Shown here piece by piece: positions 13,087 through 25,399 of a stretch of DNA of 64,000 nt. The notes below the pieces were generated by a model. That model was not told the origin of the DNA and ran no database searches. It worked only from the letters and a program-made list of their open reading frames with translations. Position 1 is the first letter of the stretch, and every line of letters begins with the position of its first letter. The stretch comes from Lama glama (taxonomy: Eukaryota): NCBI GenBank assembly GCA_028534125.1, contig CM052817.1:76138001-76202000 (forward strand). Direction: 5' to 3'. The translations under genes were made by a program, and so were the position numbers.

Positions 13087-14032
13087 ACAATGAATTACAC
13101 AAATCCTTTTTATTTTCCTTATCCTCTCTACTTTAAAGTACACATGTGACCACCTAATTCTTGGCATATAAAGGAGGGATATCTTAGACCCCTGTCTCAG
13201 TATGTTGCTTCTATTAGCATTCAGAGGCAAGCTTTCATGAACTCATCATTTCCATTCCTAAGAGGAGGGACTGTGCTAATTAAGTACATTTAAAACGGAA
13301 AAACATAATCCTATTTTGCCTCTGGCTTTGTTCTGCCCTTTTTTTTTTAATTTACTGATGCTTGTTACAATTTATTAACCACGAATTATATCTCTGAGTA
13401 AATTAAGCCTTCTTTCCTCTCTGCCATACTTGTACTCACCCAATTTACCAGGTCTAAAAGTTGCATAAATTTGCAAGCCAGTGGATTGGCTTTCTGAGCA
13501 TACAGTTAAATTATAGAAGTTTCCTGCAGTGCTCAACCCCAGAAGAATTTAACAGCTTCTATGAATTCAGTGCTGAGACTTATTTTCAAGCCAGGAGCAA
13601 AATATCTAAATCATGTTCCGCACCATGTACCTGTCTTCTGAATGCTGTTTACAGTTATGTATATTTATTAGTTTTCCTTGGTTTAGAGCTATATGCTTTC
13701 TTTTCTCCTTCTCTTTCTGACTCTCTCCTTTCTTCATCCCTTACACACAAATTACTATCAAAAGTCAATGGTACAACTACAAAGTGTCCCAGTTATAAAA
13801 GGGATTAATTGTCCAACCTACATCCTTGTATCATGGTACCTAAACTGTATCTTTTGCTCTCTGTGGCTTTTCAGTGTCCTTTTCACTACTGAAATTTTCT
13901 AAGAAATGTGTAACAGTTTGTTTTCAGTATACCTGCTTTAAAAATTGACACATGGCTAGATACACACAATACCCTAAATTCCCTTTTTTTAAAAAATTGA
14001 AGACTTATTTAAAACTTGCAGGATATATTTTT

Positions 14033-14215
14033 TGTGTTTCAGCTTCCTGTCTATAAAATGGAGGTTGTAAACTGATTAAATGAGATGCTATATGTGGGGT
14101 GCTTAGCACAAAACTTGGCCCGCAGTGAAGTTGGTACCTTACCCCACCCCAAGGTTACAGAACTGCCAGCTGCAAGAGCCAAGAGTCAGACTCAGGTCTG
14201 ACTAAAATCCGACTC
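14033..14215. mobile_element. MIR fragments (one + and one -)
   Basis: tgtttcagcttcctgtctataaaatgg...attaaatgagat...gtgcttagcaca, then cccaaggttacag...actcaggtctgact. Confidence 0.55.
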
Positions 14216-16111
14216 TAGGTAAAGATGGTAATGATGATGTTGGTAAGGATGATAACTGGTTTAATGACTCAATGTTATTATTCTCTATTTTTAGATCTCT
14301 GGAGACTGACTAGGCATTCAGGACAGAAAAAAAATTATTTTACTCTGCAGCCTCCTTTGCTGCAGAGACAGTGGTTTTACAACATAATTATTAGGTGCTT
14401 CTCTTACTGGGAAACAGAACATCAGCAACTCTGCTTGTGTTTCCTACCCGTGATGCCTACTACAGCCTACGTTAGAGCAAAGCCGCATTCTTCTGCGCAA
14501 ATACACAGGCTCCACTGACACGTTTTATTCCTTCATTGGTTACATGAATATGACTTGCAGTCAATTTCAATCTCTCTCAAAAATATTTATGACAATAGGA
14601 TACCTGTGAGAAATCTAGGTGTGTTCTTTTCCAAATTGTGTGGTGATTTCTCAGAAACCACTGAAGTACACAAAAAATTGTGTAACTATGTTACAAGAAG
14701 GCTGAAGACAATAAGTTGTATATTCAATTAAATAATAGTAACTATTTTAAAATTTGAGATGTAGACTCTGAAAATAGCTCAGAAAGAACTCATCCAAACA
14801 AGAATCTGAAAAACATCTCCTGTTACATAGGCCCTTAGCATTCTTTTTTTTTCCTTTACTGGGTTTCTGTTGAAAATTCTTAACAGCTTTTTCACGTTGA
14901 CATAAAAAATACAATAGAAAAGACTAATTTTGAAATAAAGTATATTTTAGAGTTACAGCTTCATTGAAATCACATTTTCCTTGAAGTCTTCATTGGCAGG
15001 AGTGGGCTCTAGAAGTTTTCTGACAGTGACACATGGTGACTCTGAGGTCCTGAATATGTCTATACACTTACATGTTTTTGTTTTTTTTAACTAAAGGCAT
15101 AGGAAAATTATAACAACTGCTAACATAATGGCTTCTTTCTCTGCTAGACTTTCAACTAGTAGAGACAGTAGGTTCTTCTCTATTAAGTTAGTGAGGCCTT
15201 TGTAACAAAGAAAGCTATTTTTTTTTCTTGTTTGTTTGGATTCTAAGATAAAGAATTATTAGCTAAGACATGGGAATTTTTAACAATTATTGGGGATAGT
15301 GGCTATCTACACAGTTTACTAATGAAGGCGAAATGCTGTAGGATAATGACAAGATTATAACTGATATATTTTTAAATATTTATTTTTACTGTTTATTAAC
15401 TGTCCTCCTTTTGAAATATAAGAAAGTGGGTACTTACTCCTACAGCACTGTCTCTGAAAATCTGACTTTTTTCTTCAGTTTCTTAGCTAGCACATCATAA
15501 AAGTTTCTATAGTATCTTTTCTGCTTGACGGATCTACAGGTATCTTTAACATGTGTCCCCGGAATAAGGGCTTCAACTGTGAGACCGTCAGTTCATTCTG
15601 GGTCTTATCATTTTGTTCTAAAGCATTTTCAAAATGTACATGAGTCAGTTGGAGATCTGGCAATGCGGCTACTTTCCATTTTATTTCTTACTTTGATTTT
15701 GAAGCTTCTATTTTTAGCTAAGGCCATTCATAAAAGTGACAGGAACATGGAACTTCCTTTAGAATCTCTTGCTGTGTAATATGAAAATTGTTAACCCATT
15801 GTTGAAAATTCCAATTTTTCATGCTTTTTTTCACCCTTCCTCTTAGGACTAGAAATATCTATTTTTGTAAAGAAGTCTTTGTAAATCATCTCCAAAAGAT
15901 CTTGTCAACCACCCATAGCTTTTCTACACCTCCCTGGTTTATCTTGGAAAAAAATTATTTTTTAGGGTCGCCCTTAGGGTCTTCCTATATTGCTTTATCC
16001 TCCCATATTTCACCTCTGAGTTTTCTGCTAACATGGGAAACAACAGATCTGGGAGCTCTAGATTGTCCATTAAGAAATAATTCTAAATTCCTCTGAAATG
16101 TTTGTCTTTCC

Positions 16112-16611
16112 NNNNNNNNNNNNNNNNNNNNNNNNNNNNNNNNNNNNNNNNNNNNNNNNNNNNNNNNNNNNNNNNNNNNNNNNNNNNNNNNNNNNNNNNN
16201 NNNNNNNNNNNNNNNNNNNNNNNNNNNNNNNNNNNNNNNNNNNNNNNNNNNNNNNNNNNNNNNNNNNNNNNNNNNNNNNNNNNNNNNNNNNNNNNNNNNN
16301 NNNNNNNNNNNNNNNNNNNNNNNNNNNNNNNNNNNNNNNNNNNNNNNNNNNNNNNNNNNNNNNNNNNNNNNNNNNNNNNNNNNNNNNNNNNNNNNNNNNN
16401 NNNNNNNNNNNNNNNNNNNNNNNNNNNNNNNNNNNNNNNNNNNNNNNNNNNNNNNNNNNNNNNNNNNNNNNNNNNNNNNNNNNNNNNNNNNNNNNNNNNN
16501 NNNNNNNNNNNNNNNNNNNNNNNNNNNNNNNNNNNNNNNNNNNNNNNNNNNNNNNNNNNNNNNNNNNNNNNNNNNNNNNNNNNNNNNNNNNNNNNNNNNN
16601 NNNNNNNNNNN
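16112..16611. other. Assembly gap (500 N)
   Basis: Run of N. Confidence 1.
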
Positions 16612-17444
16612 TTCTTTAGGCTTTAGAAGTGAAATGCAGGGAAAGGAACATAAACTGATAAATAAAGCATTCAAACAACCAGTGAGATAATGGGTTATAG
16701 CAGTCCTGGAAAACCCATATGGTACTCAAGGTCTCTACTGGGCAAGAAACTAGACCAATGGTGAGTGAACTTTCCTCAACTTTCTGGATGATTTTTTCTT
16801 CTTCTCTGAGCCCCTGTTGAGAACAGCAGAGGCTGACAGCACTGATTCCTGGAGAGCTCTTTGAGATGTGGTGGAATAACAGGAATAACAGTTCTGCCTG
16901 GAGTGCATAAGCAACAGAGAGGAGTGAAAATCAGAAAAAGAAAGTTTATTCTTACCACTGCCCCTCTCTGAAATCTGAAGATTATGGCTTTGGGACACTT
17001 TGGAGCCAACAGTCTTGGTGACTTTACATGGTGGGGGCCATCAGGACTGGCAGCAGTGAGGCTCCCTCAAGCACACTTGTGAGCCAGAGATACTGCCCAG
17101 GGAGGCCGGAGCAAGAGAGGAAGGTCAGAGTAGACGTTTCAAGTATATATTTAATGAAGGTTGAGAGCCCACGTGGGCCATCCCCAGGAAGGACAGGAAT
17201 CCTCAGACATAGACACCAGAGGAGGCTGGAGAATGTCCCCAGACAGATGGGGACAAAAGGAAGTCATTCAAGTTATTATTAAAGTGACTCTCATTTGCCT
17301 CCAGAGCCTATGAGTCCTAAGAACAATGAGTTTACTATTATTTAATTCTGACTACAAATTAATGACAGTCAGGATCTGACATTTGACATTTAGTTTGGCC
17401 AAGACTCCCTACAACTTACCTCCATTGTTCCTTATTAGAATTAC

Positions 17445-17935
17445 TTATTCATTCATTCTCCAACAATTATGTATTTATTCAGCTTTTAGCAACAAATATT
17501 TAAAAGGTGTTACAAAAAACTACACTGTCTCCACTTACAGTGGTTTCCAGTAGGAACCCACCAAGCCTATTGATAACTTTGATATGATACACTATTGCAA
17601 AATGTTTGATGGCTATATAGAGTTAAAAATTTGTACAGAGAAATAGAAACTTAAATCAGCTTGGGGTAGAAGCCTCCCACAGGAGGTAAAACCTAAGTCA
17701 TGAAGGAGTACCAGATGATTTCCACATTGTGAGAGAGAAGGGGAAGATCCCAGACAGAGGGAACAGCACATACAAGGTTTGTTAGTGAACTGCAAATAAT
17801 TTAAAACTTCTTCAGCACTTAGTATGAGAGGCATGTGGTAAAAGATGAAATGGAACTAGTATTTAGGGTACATGCAATAAAATTATCTTTAAGTATGTTA
17901 TGCACTTTATTATGAGAAATCACTGAAAATCTAAG
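17445..17935 (-). mobile_element. LINE-2 3' fragment
   Basis: attcattcattc terminus; ccagacagagggaacagcacatacaagg is a typical antisense L2 motif. Confidence 0.55.
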
Positions 17936-17991
17936 AGTAAAAGATACTACGTCTGAGAGTCTGTTTCTGTTTTGTAGACGAGTTCATCATA

Positions 17992-18253
17992 CTTGCAGAC
18001 ATAGTAAACAATCTTATGGTTACTGGGGGAAAATGGGTGGGAAGGGATAAAATTTGCAAATGTTAGCCACTATATATAAAAATAGATAAAAAAATTCTTC
18101 TGTAGCACAGGAAACTATATTCAATATTTTGTAATAACTTTTAATGGAAAAGAATATGAAAACAAATATATGTATGTATATGCATGACTGGGACATTGTG
18201 CTGTACACCAGAAATTGATACATTATAACCAAACATACTTCAATTAAAAAAAG
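17992..18253 (+). mobile_element. Lineage-type L1 3' end
   Basis: cagacatagtaaacaatcttatggttac...tttgcaaatgttagccactatatataaaaatagat...acttcaattaaaaaaa. Confidence 0.9.
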
Positions 18254-19519
18254 AGTACAAAGGGATATATAATGAAAAGTAAAAATATCCTGTCCTTAGA
18301 TAAACCACTGTCAACAGATTATTGTCTGTCCTTCCCAAAGTTATCAGTATGTATAAAGGCATATGATTTTTGCAAAAATGAGTCCCAACTAAATGTTCTT
18401 CCACTTGCTTTTTTTGTAATGTATATACTTTAAGCTGATATTAAAAAGGCACAGCAAGACAGTGTCCACCCTGCTACAGTACGACATTTCACAGCATCAT
18501 ATTATTTTCTTTTGCTCTTGACTGTAACACAAAGTGTCTGTAAAATGACCTTTTGTTTTGGTACATATGGCAGGAGCACAAGAGTTTTATAATAAACAAT
18601 ATCTCACAAAAAAGAGTAAAGGATAGGTAAAACTAGATTTGTAAAGTCTAAAACATTACTGGGATTATGCATCATAACATAACAAATGTAATTACACATG
18701 AATGCTCCCAAAGATTCTTTGACCTAGCTTTCCATTTCTCTTCTTACTCTCTTGGACCTCTCACTTTGCTTGGATCTACCTTGAATGCCCAGTGTAAATG
18801 TCTCATGAAAAAACTTCTTAGAGGTAAGATGAAAAAAATCCATGAAATGAAACCTACGAGGGCATGTTAGAATCAGGTACTCTCATACAACTGCAGGTGT
18901 TCTTATTTTTTAAATACACTAAAAAAAAAACCCATCTGGAATCTGCTGCTTGAAAGACATATTTAGAAAGAGAAGACTGTTTCTCTATATTACTCCAGTG
19001 CATTTAACATCCGAGTTAAGATTAACAATTCAATGATTCACATTTTGGCATTTCTTTACTTTCTTTACCTCTTAATAAAGACATATGCTTTACTAAGTCC
19101 CAGGTCTGGCCTTTTTTTTGTTTGTTTCCCTTCTAGCTCTTTTTCTCCTCTTTGGAGATATAATACCCTAAAGAATCCTTGCATGAAGACATTGTATTCT
19201 TTACAGAGGGGAGTTTTTAAGCACTAAACAGTGTACCTGTATCACATTGAATTCTCTAGTGTCAATCTTGTTGGCACTTACCATGTGGCATCAGCCCAAA
19301 CACCAAGAGCCCCAGGATTCTCTGAAGAGAAGGTGGAAACTGTTATTCCCTGACCCACAACGTTTGGACTGTGGCTGTCACTTTCACTCGAGAATTAGTA
19401 AATAAGATGTTCAGTGTATTATACTACCCCCCAAAGTGTGGATATATATCCAAATTGTAAATTATAAAATAATATTATTTACAATATCTGGGGGTAAAAA
19501 TTGTTGTCCCAAGTGATAT

Positions 19520-19698
19520 TACAATTCAAAAAGGACCTATGTGATTGGATTGGTCTCATATGGGCAACAAGGATAATCTCTCCATTTCAAGGTCCTTGAC
19601 AACCACATCTACGAAGTCCCTTTCGCCATGGGAAACATAGTCTCAGGTTCTAGGGATGAGGATGTGGATAATTTGGGGGCCACTATTCTGCCTATCAC
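19520..19698 (-). mobile_element. MaLR LTR 5' part, MLT1 family
   Basis: Reverse complement starts tgtgataggcagaatagtggcccccaaa...atcctcatccctagaacctg, the canonical MLT1 start. Confidence 0.75.
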
Positions 19699-19751
19699 AT
19701 TTAGGGTGTTTTTTGTTTTTGTACCTTCAGCGAGATAAATTGGTATGATCT

Positions 19752-19780
19752 TGTGTGTGTGTGTGTGTGTCTGTGTGTGT
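19752..19780. repeat. (TG)n microsatellite, one interruption
   Basis: Direct reading. Confidence 0.9.
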
Positions 19781-20021
19781 TTAATTATTCAAACAAGATT
19801 CAACGTAAGACTTGTGGAATTTCCCTCAGCACTTCACATTAGATAATTTTTAGATTTCCGATATGTAAAGTAAGAAATAGATCCTTTTTTGCTTCCGTTA
19901 CATAATAATATTTTAAATATTTACACAAAGATCTTAATAATGCATTCTTACAAATTATTGTGTTTTTACAATATATTATGTTATTAATTATCTATTAATG
20001 CGAAGAGGTCGAATGTAAGCA

Positions 20022-20200
20022 AGAATATTCAATACCTTATAGTAACTTATGGTGAAAAAGAACATGAAAACAAACATATGTATGTTCATGTATGACTAAA
20101 GCATTATGCTGCACACCAGAAACTGACACAACATTGTAAACTGACTATACTTCAATAAAAAATATATATACAAAAAATTAAAATTAAAATAAAAAAGAAA
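20022..20200 (+). mobile_element. Lineage-type L1 3' terminal fragment
   Basis: atattcaataccttatagtaacttatggtgaaaaagaa...aacattgtaaactgactatacttcaataaaaaa. Confidence 0.88.
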
Positions 20201-20229
20201 ATCAATATATATGAAATATATAATATGTC

Positions 20230-20430
20230 CAAGCCCTGCATATGCAAAGTCTTGTTTCACCTTCATCAAAGCTCACATGAACTGCTGCTGTCTACATTGT
20301 ATAGCTAAGTTACTGAGGCTCAGAGAAGTTAAAGAGATGTGGTCTGCGTTGTACATGATGTAAACGCTGGAGCTTGGAATCAAATCCAAATCTCTTGGCT
20401 GAAAAACCACATTCTTTCCAGACTACAGTA
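20230..20430 (-). mobile_element. MIR SINE
   Basis: actgaggctcagagaagttaa core; ggagcttggaatcaaatcca. Confidence 0.65.
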
Positions 20431-21894
20431 CTGAAAAGTCCGAAAACTCATAACGCCATTGAGTAAATTAAATACCTTTGCCCAAATCAAGTAACTTTTT
20501 ACACTGGAGATTCCAGGATGTTTCCACAACAGGTATTTGAATGGATTCATCTAAAATTTAATTAAGTCAATATCTTAAGTGACCTTTTTTTTTTTTTTTT
20601 CAGGTTAAGGACCAACTCGTTTGCTAGTTACCACCTTAACAGAGGCTGCAAACTGACTGGATACTTAGAAGTGGCTAAAATAATGGGTGGAAAAATTTTC
20701 TTTATGGTAGTCTTTTAACAAATTAGAGCGAGTAGTGTAATACTTTTGCATTCTAGTCTCTGGGGCTCATTAATATGATGATTTCTTTATTTTTCTCTTT
20801 GTTGGCAAATATTTCAGTTATAAGCCACTATCTCATCAAATACTCATTTTCACTTAGAATAAAGATTTAAGCAGAGACCCTATTTGATTTTGATGTGTGG
20901 TTTCCCTGAACACATGTATTGATCAATGTAATGAGTTAATCATAGCTTCATGTAATTTGACTGAAAGTTTACCAAGTTACTTTTATATTCTATATATGTA
21001 AAAATTAAATGTTGCTTTTCAGGTTATTTTTTCCTGATCATATTAGATAGCTTAATATTTAAGACTTTTCACTTCACAATGAACTTCATAGAAAGTTCTT
21101 CTTTATATGATCATTCCCTTCTTTATTTCTAGAAAATTTCAAATGAGAAAGAGAATGAAGTTCTTACAGATACCAACAAAAGGAAAAAGTGAAAAAAAAT
21201 GAAATAAATAAGATAAAGAGGTTCGTAAGAAGAAGGGGGAGATAATTAAAAAGCAGGGTAAAGAACGAGGAAGTCATTACAGATTCATCTTTGAAAATAA
21301 TCTGTGACAGTTGCCTGCATGGAAGTGGCCCTGGGGATGCCCAGGGCTGGAGTGAACTGGCAGATCTGACTTTGCTTTGGGAAAATTCCCTGGCGGTCTC
21401 TATTTTTACACAGCGGTTTGTTCCTAGCGGCCAATCAAGTTGTCTCAAAGATGATCTGACGACCCCCAGATCCTTCAGACCTGTTGTGTAGGAATCCAGA
21501 GGACTCCTTTCAAGAACTATGAAGAAACAAGAAGTAGGAGGTTTAATATTATTGCTGAGATTCAGAATCTGTAATACAGATCAAACCCGCAGTGTCTTTG
21601 AGATGCCAAGACACCTTTAGGAAAGACTACTTACAGTGCTCTGTTCATTAACCAAACAGGTCTTCAGTGTTTCCTTCCTCCTCGACCCACTTCAGAAACT
21701 CATTGACATAAAGCAATGCAATTTAAGACAATGTATAGATACCATGAACGTATTCATTTTTTTCCTAAAAAATGGTGGAAAAGCGGTCAGAAAATAGTCA
21801 ACAAGAGACAATCTCTGCCGCAGAAATTAGAAGAATGTCAGGTGTATAAAGGAAAAATCAAAAGTTAAAAAATGGAGAGCTCCATGTATAAATA

Positions 21895-22090
21895 TTGTCT
21901 CAGTTGCTGACTAGCTATGTGACTTTGAATACATTACTTACATCTCTGAGTCAAAGTTTCTTACTATGGAAAACGAAATAGTAATGTTTACTTATTTTAA
22001 TCACTATGAGAATTATGGGAGATAGTGTCTCAAGTGTCTATTACAATGAACCATTGTAACTTCTAATTCTTGGTAACTGTTATTATAATC
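21895..22090 (+). mobile_element. MIR SINE
   Basis: actagctatgtgactttga...acatctctgagtcaaagtttctt core. Confidence 0.65.
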
Positions 22091-22512
22091 ACCACTGCAG
22101 TAAATTCGTAACAGATAAAAGGATACTTTCTGCAGGGATTACCTGAATGCCAAATTTTGATGTAATTCTACTCCTGTATGTACAATAATGTATCAAGATG
22201 AATCCTTTGGAAAATCCAAGTTTAAAAAGTCATTTTTCAATACTAAAAAAGCCTCCACTTTTTGTCCTCACTTGTCAGCTCTGTCTCGATTGTTCCATCC
22301 TTGCAGCATGAGTAAGCAACACAACACACAATCACTCATAAATTATTTAATAAACCCCAAATGGATGATTGATTATTAAGTTACCATGATGATAATGAAT
22401 TAGAAGTTGAGAAACCACACAGGATTAGATATAAACTATGGCAACATTTTTGTCACCTACCCACTTTCAAATGAAGATATTTTACTTACGTTCCTCTAAA
22501 GCTTAGCAACTT

Positions 22513-22630
22513 ATCTTTTTTGCTTTTGAGGGGGAGGTGATTAGGTTTATTTATTTATTTATTTTTAATGGAGTCACTGGATTGAACCCCGGACCTCACG
22601 CAGGCTAGGCATGCACCTTACCTTGAAGCT
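22513..22630 (-). mobile_element. tRNA-Ala-derived SINE (camelid vic-1-like), 5' truncated
   Basis: Reverse complement ggtgcatgcctagcctgcgtgaggtccggggttcaatccagtgactcca with (aaat)n tail; flanking near-direct repeat aagcttagcaac (22499-22510) / aagcttagtaac (22626-22637). Confidence 0.8.
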
Positions 22631-23289
22631 TAGTAACCTTTGATACCACGATCAAACTGAATCTCTGCTTTCCTCAGGAGCAAGATTCCGACTGATCGCT
22701 TCAATAAACTCTGAAGAAGCATTTTCTTTTTTGTTTTCCTAACTTAACAGCAGTCTTTTCCCACTGGACAACCTTTTGTAGTGCTGTACAGGCTCAGTAT
22801 GTTCTACAGAAAACACAATCAGAAAGTGCACAAGTGAAATAAACGGTGTATACGGCGCCTGCGTTGTCGGCAGGCAGCGTGCTGGCAGCAGTTCTATTTC
22901 CTTTACCGCAGGCTTGACAGGCATCCTGCTCCCTGATGGTGACGCTAACATGCTTTGGCAGTAGCTGCAAAAGCAGCTTGGGGTGATTAAACCTGAGTGT
23001 TTATGTCAGGGAGAAACTGTTTGTGATGTCTTCTCACAACCATATTACGTCTCATTACAAACCTCTTTACTTCTCCATGGATTTAGGCATTACCAATTAA
23101 AAGTGTTCATAGATTATGTTTTATAGTTCAAGCCATTTGTCTTCATATTTTAGGTAGCAATATGGTTTACATACTCATTGATAAGAAGCTAAAATACAGA
23201 ATGGATATTTCTGTAAACACTGAACCTTGGATATGCTCTTGAATTCTAAATTAAAAGCATTTTTTAAATAATCAAAACAATTACATTTT

Positions 23290-25250
23290 ATTATTTCTTT
23301 GCTGGATGTAAGATTTCTTTCAGTGCTTTGAATATGTGATCCCTTACCTTCTGTTCTCCATTATTTCTGATGAGAAGTCAGACAGAAATATTATTAATTT
23401 CTCTTGTACAAAATGAATTGATTGTCCCTAGCTTCTTTCAAAATCATCTCATTACCTTTCTCTTTCAACATTTTTACTATGATGTGTCTGGGTGTATATC
23501 TCTTGATGTTTTTCCTACTTGGAGTTTATTAAAGTTCTTGATGTGAAGGTTAATTTTTTAAATTAAATTTGGAAAGATTTCAGGCATTAATTCCTAAAAT
23601 ATATGTTTTTTACTTTCTCTTCCTCCTCTCCTGCTACTCTCATTATATGTATTTTGAAACACATAATGTCCCACATATCTCTGAGGGTTTATACATTTTT
23701 CTTCACTCTCCCCACCTCTGCCCTTGTTCTTCTGATTGCATTATCTTTTGTAAACTATCTTCAAATTCACTAATTCTTTCTTTTGCCAATTTTAATCTAC
23801 TATTGAGTAACTCTGTTGAAATTTCCATTTTAATTATTTTACATTCCAACTACTGAATTTTAATTTGGTTCTTTTCTATAATTTATATTTCCATATCAAT
23901 ATTCCTTATTCGATGAGACATTATCATTATACTCTCCTTTACTTTTTAAAGTATAATTTTCTTTCGCTATTGAATACTTATAATGGCTCCTTTGAAGGCT
24001 TTGTTTACTAAGTCTGAAGTTTGGGTCCTCTCACAAGCAGGTTTTGTTACTTGCATTTTTTTTCCTGCATATGGGTCACTTTCCTGCTTCTTTGAATGTC
24101 TAATAACATTTTGTTGAAAACAGAAATTTTGAGGTAATATATTGGAGCAATTCTGGATATCACCACCCACTTTGGAAATTATTTTTGGGTTGTTTGCCAA
24201 TTTGTCTAGTGACTTAGCTGGACTATTTTTAAAGCCTATTTCCCATACAACGTGATGCCTATGATGTCATCCCTCAGAGGGTGCAGACAAGGATTGCACA
24301 CAGTCACCCTGAGATGACAGTGGTTCTGTTTGGGCTCTCTTCTTGATCTTTGAGTTAAGCTTTCTTCCTGGCTTTGTGTTACACCAGACTGTCAGGCTCC
24401 ACCAACTATTGCTTCTTGTTTTATTTGTGACGATGCCTGGGGCACAAATTAGTCCATAGTACAACTGAACCAAATTTAGGCTTCTTTTTAGGGGTACTTT
24501 TTGTGGCTAGACTTTGAAGTGTTTTCTGACAGCAGTAGGATTCTTTTAAACCGTATATTACCCTGGTTTTCTCTGTTAAACTAATTAGCCTATTATTTAC
24601 TTTGCTGTTCTCATGGACCTACTAGCCTCTGAACTGTTACCTAATAAACCTAAAAAATCTCATTCTTTTTGAAAGTGCCCTTAGACTTGAACTTCATCAG
24701 ATTCTGTTTCACATAGTCAGTTCCATGGGGAGAGGACAAAACTCTCAATTCTTATGGCATGCTTCCTCCTTTGGCAAAATTTCTATGCAATCTCTCCGAA
24801 GCTGGGGTCAGGGACAGTGGCCTCTCTCACTTAGAGTAAACCTCTGTTTTATGAGTAGTAAGCTAAGTGGGGGCATTAGCCTCTGGTCTTCTTGGTTTGG
24901 TTCTACTAGCATAGAACCTTTACTCTAAGAGCACACTGGGCAAGAGCAATCAGGGCTCCAGTATTCCTGGCCTGCCTTCCCTGAGGTAGAGCGTCATCCT
25001 GTGCATGGGGGATGCGCGGAGGAAAGGAGCTGGAATTAGCACTCAACTGGGATTCAACCTCTATAACATAGAGCAGCAGCAGCATGAGAAATCCTGGTGG
25101 ACTGCTCCTCTAAGAGAGGACTGCACCATAGCTGGAAAGAGGGAGCACCATTATCTTGGCCACCCCCAAGAAGAGACCAGTTTCTCTCACAGTGTGCTAA
25201 GGAGTTTAGGGTAATGGCTCATGTATTCATAAACCCACATCCTCTAAAGT
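23290..25250 (-). mobile_element. Old L1 fragment (5' region and ORF1 remnants)
   Basis: T-rich with antisense L1 motifs: tttctgatgagaagtcag; tgatgtgtctgggtgt; ctatcttcaaattcactaattctttct. The 5' boundary is uncertain. Confidence 0.75.
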
Positions 25251-25399
25251 TGTACCAGTCTTAGAAAAAAGGTGTCATCTAGCTTGTGCTTTTGCTAGGT
25301 AAAAACCACAATTCTTTGAACACCTTGGTCTATTTCATACATATTAAAGGAAAGACCAAAAATATCAAATAATTTCCAGGTAACAAAATTGCATGACAG

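Noticed and set aside
15985..16674. Long ORFs of 173-229 aa
   Set aside because: They consist almost entirely of X from the N gap.
16690..16722. Possible MLT1 3' end next to the gap (gttatagcagtcctggaaaac)
   Set aside because: Too short to support a call.
20584..20610. Poly-T + CAG|GTTAAG as a recursive splice site
   Set aside because: The donor is weak, poly-T runs are common, and there is no other support.
22739..22951. 70-aa minus-strand ORF or coding exon in the CpG cluster
   Set aside because: No recognisable protein; after the acceptor-like site all three frames stop within ~65 nt with no strong donor.
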